A stretch of 13,769 nucleotides of DNA from NCBI GenBank assembly GCA_016839605.1, contig JAEOTX010000224.1:1-13769 (forward strand). Reading direction: 5' to 3'. This document shows, piece after piece, positions 7,823 through 13,769 of this stretch (position 1 is its first letter; the number at the start of each line of letters is the position of its first letter). Origin of the DNA: Candidatus Thorarchaeota archaeon. GTDB lineage: Archaea; Asgardarchaeota; Thorarchaeia; Thorarchaeales; Thorarchaeaceae. Below the pieces are notes generated by a model. That model was not told where the DNA came from. It was given only the letters and a program-made list of their open reading frames with translations, and ran no database searches. Both the position numbers and the translations under genes were made by a program.

Positions 7823-10800
7823 TTATTCCAGCTCTTTTCTCTTGACAGTTACTACAATGATACTGAGTGTGATTGCAGCTAGGCATCCAATCAGTGATAC
7901 AGTAATCACCATTCGTGCAACCCTTGCTTCCATACTCGGTGGCACCTCAGGGGGAGGTGGCGGAATTGGTGGGCGCTGATCGTCTGATAAAACATAGAGA
8001 TGTGAACCACTATATGCTGCAATGTCCAGAGAGTCCTTGGAACTGGCTCCATCAAAATGTCCAACCACCGGATTCAATATTGCCTCGTTCCGAACATAGT
8101 GCCATAGGAAATCACCTGTGTGCCCATCTATGACGTTGATATACTCATGATTGGTGAAGACCATGTCTGTATGACCATCGCTATTCATGTCACCAAACAC
8201 GCAGGTTGAGTACTGTGACCAAGGTTCGTATAGAGGATATCTCATTAGAGCGTTATAACTCCAGACAATTGCACTAGAATCGTCGTATCCACGTACGCCT
8301 AGATACCTGAGATTCAACACTAGTTCATCCACACCATCATTAAGATACACATCAGCGGCATGGATCTCTCTTATTGATGCTCCTGGAGACACAGAGTACA
8401 TCTCATCTTCAACAGATGGGTGTGTATCTATTACTCTGACTTGCATACCTGAGCTCAATGCAAAGTCCTCATTGCTATCTGCGTTGAAGTAACCCGCATC
8501 GATCTCCTCGATGTCTGCGAACATATTGTACTCCCACATGTAAGCACCTGTGGCACCATTGTACACACGAGCAATGTTCTCATCTCCGCCAAAGACTGCA
8601 TCCAGGGTGAATAGACCTCTGAAGTGTCCTACTGCCAGATGGTTATTATCATCAGTGGAGTTGACACTGGACGTGTATCGATATGTATCGCCATTGTACC
8701 ACGCGAGATATGCCTCAGAACCAAATGGTTTCTCAAAGAGAACAACTATCTCATCTCCTAGGTATATGGCATTGAAGTCCCCTATATAGTAATCAACAAT
8801 CTGGAATCCTGCGGGTGCATAGATATATCCCAGTTTGGCATATGTTTCTCCTTCTGCTAGCCCAATTGTGTCTTCATCGATACGAAACGCAAAGTCAGTG
8901 TTGCCTGAATTGTCGATGTCACCGAACCGTACCATGTCTATTTGATTCCCACTAGAAATTGAAGTCATCATTGTACCAGTGTAGGCATCCCAAATTGCTA
9001 TGCGGTCATCATCATATCTGATGAACACCTCGTCATACTCATCGTGGTCAAGATCAGCCGCCCAAGCTCCCTGAATTGTAGAACCAATATCCGCATCCCA
9101 ATATGGAATGTGTGCCAGGTATTGCGGTTCTATTGAAGGACCTGAAAAATCGAGGCCATCAAATGCATCAAGGTACGAGGATAACGGTTCTGCAGGGTAG
9201 TTCCAATAGAGAGTCACAACCGAGTCCTCACCATCATCATCAAAGTCAGCAGAGGCCAATAGACCAAGCTCATCCTCGATGAAGTTGACCCATAATGGAA
9301 GACCACTCCTACCATCCACAACCGCCAGAGCAGTACCATTAACGCCTATGGCTAGGTCTATTCCTCCAGAACCACCAAAATGGCCAGATGTAGCACTGAC
9401 CTGGAATAGACTGTATGAATCAGGTGTAACAAGCTCTGCGTCATAGTGCCATTGCGTCCTTAGAGTGCCAACTTCAACAAGATATGCCCCTCCGTCCTTA
9501 GTGAGGACGAAGACCTCAGCTTCATTATCTCCATCAAAGTCATCAACTATCAAGTTCATGAGTCTTGCATCCACTGTGGAGTTGTAGAAGATAGATTCTG
9601 ATACAACATCCACAATTCTCATCATGACATCGTTACCAAACAGGACATCATCGTATCCATCTAGATTGAAGTCATACGCCTCCATTGGTTGTCGTCCAAA
9701 GCTATGACCAACCAGGTCATTTGGTGATTCATAGAGAAGGGTGCCGTCTAATGGATTGATGACCTTCACAGCATAGGTATCGTTTGCATAAGCAACTCCA
9801 AGTATTGAGTCATCTGTGAAATCACCAACAACCAATCCCCAGATATCACCGGCATCCACTGATTCGCTGTGCCAGAGGTCTCCAGTATTGTTGACAACCC
9901 ATATCACACCATCCTCGGAACCAACAACGACTTCTTTGAATCCATTACCATCAATGTCTCCGATATCCATGTCTTCGATGTCAGCACTAAACACAGTGCA
10001 ATTCCAGAGCAATTGTCCGTCTGATCCATTGTATGCAAGAAGGAATTGCTCCCCCCATTGGACACATACGATTTCTTGCGTACCATCACCATCTAGGTCT
10101 GATAACTCTAAGGACAATAGCGTGGTGTCATGAGTGACATTCCATCCAATACTGCCATCATCATCTATCATGTATAGATTCATTCGAGGTGAGCCCGTCA
10201 ATACTGAGAATACTACCTCATCCTTAGAGTCCCCGTCGACATCTCCACTATCCAATACATATCCAGCTACACCGCCATAGAGATAGAGCGATGATGCTTT
10301 CATAGATGTCTTAAACCCGCTAGCACCATGTGATGGATCTCTATACTCCCAGACAAACACCTCCCCTCGTTCACAGGAAACCCCGATCTCTTCCCATCCA
10401 TTATGGTCTGAGTCATAGACGGTTAATCCTGTGATATCATATATGAACGGGTCAGAGAGATATGTCTCTTCGTATGTCATATATCCTGATCCATTTGTGG
10501 AATGAACCATCTCGTAGACTGCCATCGTTGAGTCATATGACACAATGACCTCACGTCTGCCATCTGAGTCAGTGTCGCCGACGACCATGTTCGAAACATC
10601 ACGAAGATGGTTGTCGACCCAATCACTTGATGGATTATAGCCCCAGATAGCATCTGGATTTGGTGTTCCTCCCCAGTCAAAGATGTTGAATGCCTGAAGA
10701 TAGAGGAATCCAGTATCTAGATGACCAAGCACAGTGGGCGAATAAGTCATAGGACCACTATATGGCATGCCGCCAATATCATAATACACGAGACCTGGGT

Positions 10801-13769
10801 ATCCTGGAAAATCGAGCCTGTCTAGGTAATCGGGATAGGTATTGAGGTGGTTCTGATCACTCCATGTAGAACCGTTGTCAACACTTGCCACCATCCCGGT
10901 TCGTCTCTCAAACGGTGCACCCCCAACCTCGTAAGCAATGACGATTGGATTGCCCTCGCTCCTCAAATAGTCAATATCAGGGTACATCTCATCATAGAAG
11001 GAGTCAGTTGCTCTATGAGGGATACTATTGTTGAAGTTGAAGGACGCGTTAGTATGCATCGACCAGATATCGTAGTCACCCTTACTCGTCATTGTGTTGA
11101 TTGCAGACATTGCTATCTCAAAATCCCCATTTGGCATTTGGATGACTGATGCCTTCTGTATGTCGAAGTAGTCCCAGCCTGGGTAGGTAAGAAGATATGG
11201 ACCACTCCTCTCAGAGAGGTCTTCTTTCATGAGGTAGTAGTATGCTTCCGAAGTATCGATTTCAGATTTGACATACATGATTCCGATATGTGTAGAGTTG
11301 TAGATGAACACCTCTGGGTGATTCCTACTTGCTAGACTTTCAGTATTGTTCATTACCCATACAGGATCACTCCACCACGTATCTCCAGTGCCAAATCTGG
11401 AGACCCAAAAGTCATTCTGGCCCCAGTCACGTTCTGCTTTCCATGTAAGCCAGATTGCATTGTCGCTGCTTGTTATTGATGGTTGAGCCTCAGAAACAAC
11501 GGTGACATCATTGTAGTCTCCAGAAATTGTCTGACCGATAAATGGTACTAAAGGTACCGTATTGACTTGAAGTGATGTTGTATTCAGACCCTTTACGTAA
11601 AGCTGTTCATTGTTTACTAGCACCATCACCGCTATATCACTCGCAGCATCTAGAGCATAGGTCATATCACTAGCACATCGGTTAGTGAAAGTTAGTGTGT
11701 CAATTCCAGAAAATAGAATGGACTCGAGTTGGATGTTTGGATAATTGGGAGAAGAGGTTACTTTCGCAGCATTGATGTATTCCTCTGAACTAGCATCCCA
11801 CTCCATGATGTCAAAGCCCTTTGTGTGACCAATGATGACTTCAAGGTTTGAGTCGTAGTCCTGATCATCAATCAGAACGACACTCACAGGATTCAATGTG
11901 ACGATATCAGAAGCTGCCTCCCATACCTTCTGGAAAGTCCCACCCCAACACTCGTAGATGTATACAAATCCATCATGTTGTGTAACTCTGGTATCGTAGA
12001 CTCCGCCCAGGATAATCTCTGGGTGACTGTCTCTATCTGTATCACCGACTGCTAGACTCCTGATGTCAGCGCCCTGATAGGGGTCAGCTCCATCAGGATT
12101 GCCAAGGAGATAGTAGCGACCATCGACATCACCCGTTCTTCCAAAGTAGTCATTGAGTTCAAGCCCGCTGAATGAATCCACATCAATGTTAAAGACAAAT
12201 AGGAAAGGTCCCACAGCGACAACAAGATCTCTTCGACCATCACTGTCCATATCAATTCCTGCTTCTATGGCAGTTATCTCAGTTACGTCCTCCCATGCAA
12301 CAGATTCTACATCTAGGTAACCAAGATCTCTCAAGTCAAAAGAGTAGGCGAGTTCAATAGTATCATCTATTCCTGTCGCCTCATAGATGTAGACTTGTAG
12401 ATCACTGGTGATGATTAACTCTGCTAATCCATCCTGATCAAGATCAGTGCCAGTCAACAGATGTTTTGCATGGTCCCATATCCGTCTATTGAATTCACCA
12501 GAGATTCCCTCGAGCTGTTGGTATGCATATGGACTGGACTCACTGATTTCCGTGTGGTTGAGATCGTGTGAGCGGAACATTCGCTTGTATGTAGCATTTG
12601 AAAGGTGTTCAAAGGCATAGACATTGTTATCATAATCACCAACTACAATCTCGCCTCTTCCATCACCATCGAGGTCTCCGGATGAAATTGTCATGGTCCA
12701 GTCTTCTAGATCAAAGTCTGTGTTCCATGATTCATGCATGTGATATCCCAGATTCCTGAATGACTCACTTTTCATCAGGCAGAAGTCCATCCTCGAAACA
12801 CGTGGATATGTAGCGACTAGATATGTGTCGATGGCGTCATAGTGAGAGATTGCCCATCTGAGGGAACCAATATCCTCCTGATATGCAGCAAGTGAAAAGT
12901 CACCATTTAGTTCAATGCCTTGGCTCTCAGCGATATTCTGGAGCGTATATCCTCCAGTATTAGGAACTAACCGTATGTCTTTCAGCTTAAGCAATGTCAT
13001 AGCTGTATCTGTATCAGGATTATTGAAAATGCGCCGGTCTTCATGCCAAACAGGTTTGTCATATGTACCCTTGTTCAGGAAACATGTGGCACCATATTTG
13101 TTATCATAGCTGAGAATTAGGTCAAGGACACCATCGCCATTGATGTCAACCAATTGAGGTTGCCCCCAGAGGATGCTTCCAGTATTGAGATTGATTTCGT
13201 CAAAGTACCCAGCTTCAAATTGGAGGATTTGAGCACCTGTTTCTGAGAACATATTCCTAGCCATGTATACAAACCCATTTGATATGACCATGTCAAGGTC
13301 CCCATCATTGTCATAATCACCGAAACTCATCCTTGGAGTGGCCTGTGACATTGAAAGAATCTGAGCTATCTGGCCGGTCCAGTCAAAGGTCTTGATAGAA
13401 CCTAGCTCCATGAAGTCCTCAAATGGTGTGTTGCGGTAGTAGAAGATGATGTTAGACCTGCTACTCCACGCTGTCGGGTCTGCATATCTTCCATCTGGAC
13501 TGTACCCACCAACAACAACCATAGGCATGAGACCCTGAGGCGTTGCTGGCCAGAGATTCACAATTTCTGCAGATGTGTAGTCGTGTTGTGATAGTGTTGC
13601 CGATAGCCTACCAGTCATTGTGAAGTCTGTCTCTCCTGAAACATCAAGGGCAGTTACAACACTTGCGTCTGTTCCTACGAAATAATACGGCTGACCGTTT
13701 CCGCCCATAGATATCGGACTGGGAACTCCGTTTGTCCAAGAGTTGTAGCTTCCGATATGGGGATTTATG
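7823..13769 (-). CDS. Giant FG-GAP/VCBS-like calcium-blade multi-beta-propeller surface protein with C-terminal membrane anchor (5' end outside the window, at least 1981 aa)
   Basis: The frame stays open upstream of the track's ATG 13708 to the window edge (INPHIGSYNSWTNGVPSPIS-M). About 25 DxDxDG-like loops (GDYDNDGDLD, GDLDGDGRGE, SDLDGDGTQE, GDMNSDGHTD and others), PQQ-repeat-like blade ends (YNGSDGQLLW, VDGRSGLPLW, IDGHTGDFLW), Asp-box SVDNGSTW, PPIPPPPPEVPP linker (7937-7972), 23-aa hydrophobic helix (7844-7912), tail KRKELE, TAA at 7823-7825. Confidence 0.93.
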   Translation of the reverse strand, partial: INPHIGSYNSWTNGVPSPISMGGNGQPYYFVGTDASVVTALDVSGETDFTMTGRLSATLSQHDYTSAEIVNLWPATPQGLMPMVVVGGYSPDGRYADPTAWSSRSNIIFYYRNTPFEDFMELGSIKTFDWTGQIAQILSMSQATPRMSFGDYDNDGDLDMVISNGFVYMARNMFSETGAQILQFEAGYFDEINLNTGSILWGQPQLVDINGDGVLDLILSYDNKYGATCFLNKGTYDKPVWHEDRRIFNNPDTDTAMTLLKLKDIRLVPNTGGYTLQNIAESQGIELNGDFSLAAYQEDIGSLRWAISHYDAIDTYLVATYPRVSRMDFCLMKSESFRNLGYHMHESWNTDFDLEDWTMTISSGDLDGDGRGEIVVGDYDNNVYAFEHLSNATYKRMFRSHDLNHTEISESSPYAYQQLEGISGEFNRRIWDHAKHLLTGTDLDQDGLAELIITSDLQVYIYEATGIDDTIELAYSFDLRDLGYLDVESVAWEDVTEITAIEAGIDMDSDGRRDLVVAVGPFLFVFNIDVDSFSGLELNDYFGRTGDVDGRYYLLGNPDGADPYQGADIRSLAVGDTDRDSHPEIILGGVYDTRVTQHDGFVYIYECWGGTFQKVWEAASDIVTLNPVSVVLIDDQDYDSNLEVIIGHTKGFDIMEWDASSEEYINAAKVTSSPNYPNIQLESILFSGIDTLTFTNRCASDMTYALDAASDIAVMVLVNNEQLYVKGLNTTSLQVNTVPLVPFIGQTISGDYNDVTVVSEAQPSITSSDNAIWLTWKAERDWGQNDFWVSRFGTGDTWWSDPVWVMNNTESLASRNHPEVFIYNSTHIGIMYVKSEIDTSEAYYYLMKEDLSERSGPYLLTYPGWDYFDIQKASVIQMPNGDFEIAMSAINTMTSKGDYDIWSMHTNASFNFNNSIPHRATDSFYDEMYPDIDYLRSEGNPIVIAYEVGGAPFERRTGMVASVDNGSTWSDQNHLNTYPDYLDRLDFPGYPGLVYYDIGGMPYSGPMTYSPTVLGHLDTGFLYLQAFNIFDWGGTPNPDAIWGYNPSSDWVDNHLRDVSNMVVGDTDSDGRREVIVSYDSTMAVYEMVHSTNGSGYMTYEETYLSDPFIYDITGLTVYDSDHNGWEEIGVSCERGEVFVWEYRDPSHGASGFKTSMKASSLYLYGGVAGYVLDSGDVDGDSKDEVVFSVLTGSPRMNLYMIDDDGSIGWNVTHDTTLLSLELSDLDGDGTQEIVCVQWGEQFLLAYNGSDGQLLWNCTVFSADIEDMDIGDIDGNGFKEVVVGSEDGVIWVVNNTGDLWHSESVDAGDIWGLVVGDFTDDSILGVAYANDTYAVKVINPLDGTLLYESPNDLVGHSFGRQPMEAYDFNLDGYDDVLFGNDVMMRIVDVVSESIFYNSTVDARLMNLIVDDFDGDNEAEVFVLTKDGGAYLVEVGTLRTQWHYDAELVTPDSYSLFQVSATSGHFGGSGGIDLAIGVNGTALAVVDGRSGLPLWVNFIEDELGLLASADFDDDGEDSVVTLYWNYPAEPLSSYLDAFDGLDFSGPSIEPQYLAHIPYWDADIGSTIQGAWAADLDHDEYDEVFIRYDDDRIAIWDAYTGTMMTSISSGNQIDMVRFGDIDNSGNTDFAFRIDEDTIGLAEGETYAKLGYIYAPAGFQIVDYYIGDFNAIYLGDEIVVLFEKPFGSEAYLAWYNGDTYRYTSSVNSTDDNNHLAVGHFRGLFTLDAVFGGDENIARVYNGATGAYMWEYNMFADIEEIDAGYFNADSNEDFALSSGMQVRVIDTHPSVEDEMYSVSPGASIREIHAADVYLNDGVDELVLNLRYLGVRGYDDSSAIVWSYNALMRYPLYEPWSQYSTCVFGDMNSDGHTDMVFTNHEYINVIDGHTGDFLWHYVRNEAILNPVVGHFDGASSKDSLDIAAYSGSHLYVLSDDQRPPIPPPPPEVPPSMEARVARMVITVSLIGCLAAITLSIIVVTVKRKELE

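Noticed and set aside
7695-7979. 94-aa plus-strand ORF with a Gly-rich end
   Set aside because: More than half is antisense to the TM/Pro tail of the giant gene (the Gly run mirrors the Pro codons), and it has no recognisable motif.
7915-13320. Short ORFs inside the giant gene on both strands
   Set aside because: They are fully nested in a long, motif-rich ORF and show no independent coding signal.
13706-13708. ATG 13708 as the true start of the giant protein
   Set aside because: The frame is open to the window edge and no signal peptide follows this Met, so it is most likely internal.
7823-13769. About 17 N-x-S/T sequons and somewhat lower GC in the giant gene
   Set aside because: The manual sequon count is not clearly above expectation for an Asn/Ser/Thr-rich protein. 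The GC dip (spot-checked on a few lines only) can be explained by amino-acid composition, so it is not evidence of horizontal transfer.
5592-13769. Functional link between the surface protein and the uvr operon
   Set aside because: They are co-oriented but separated by more than 200 nt containing a candidate promoter. Nothing in the sequence ties them together, and conserved synteny would be needed.

Overview
All four real genes lie on the minus strand. In transcription order: (1) a giant (at least 1981 aa, N-terminus beyond the window edge) membrane-anchored surface protein with about 25 DxDxDG/FG-GAP-type calcium-blade repeats, an inserted Asp-box domain, a Pro-rich linker, one C-terminal TM helix and a 6-residue tail (KRKELE); (2) after a ~215-245 nt spacer, uvrB; (3) uvrA-1; (4) a second, divergent, essentially full-length uvrA-2 (TTG start at 2710) that the ORF track misses because it runs off the left edge. 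uvrB, uvrA-1 and uvrA-2 are linked by 4-nt stop/start overlaps (GTGA, TTGA), each with an upstream Shine-Dalgarno-like motif. The two UvrA paralogs differ in their ATPase motifs, UvrB-binding surface and insertion domain, which suggests a heterodimeric or division-of-labour damage sensor. An archaeal origin, possibly Asgard (Thorarchaeia-like), is my inference only. No RNA genes, CRISPR arrays or mobile elements were seen.
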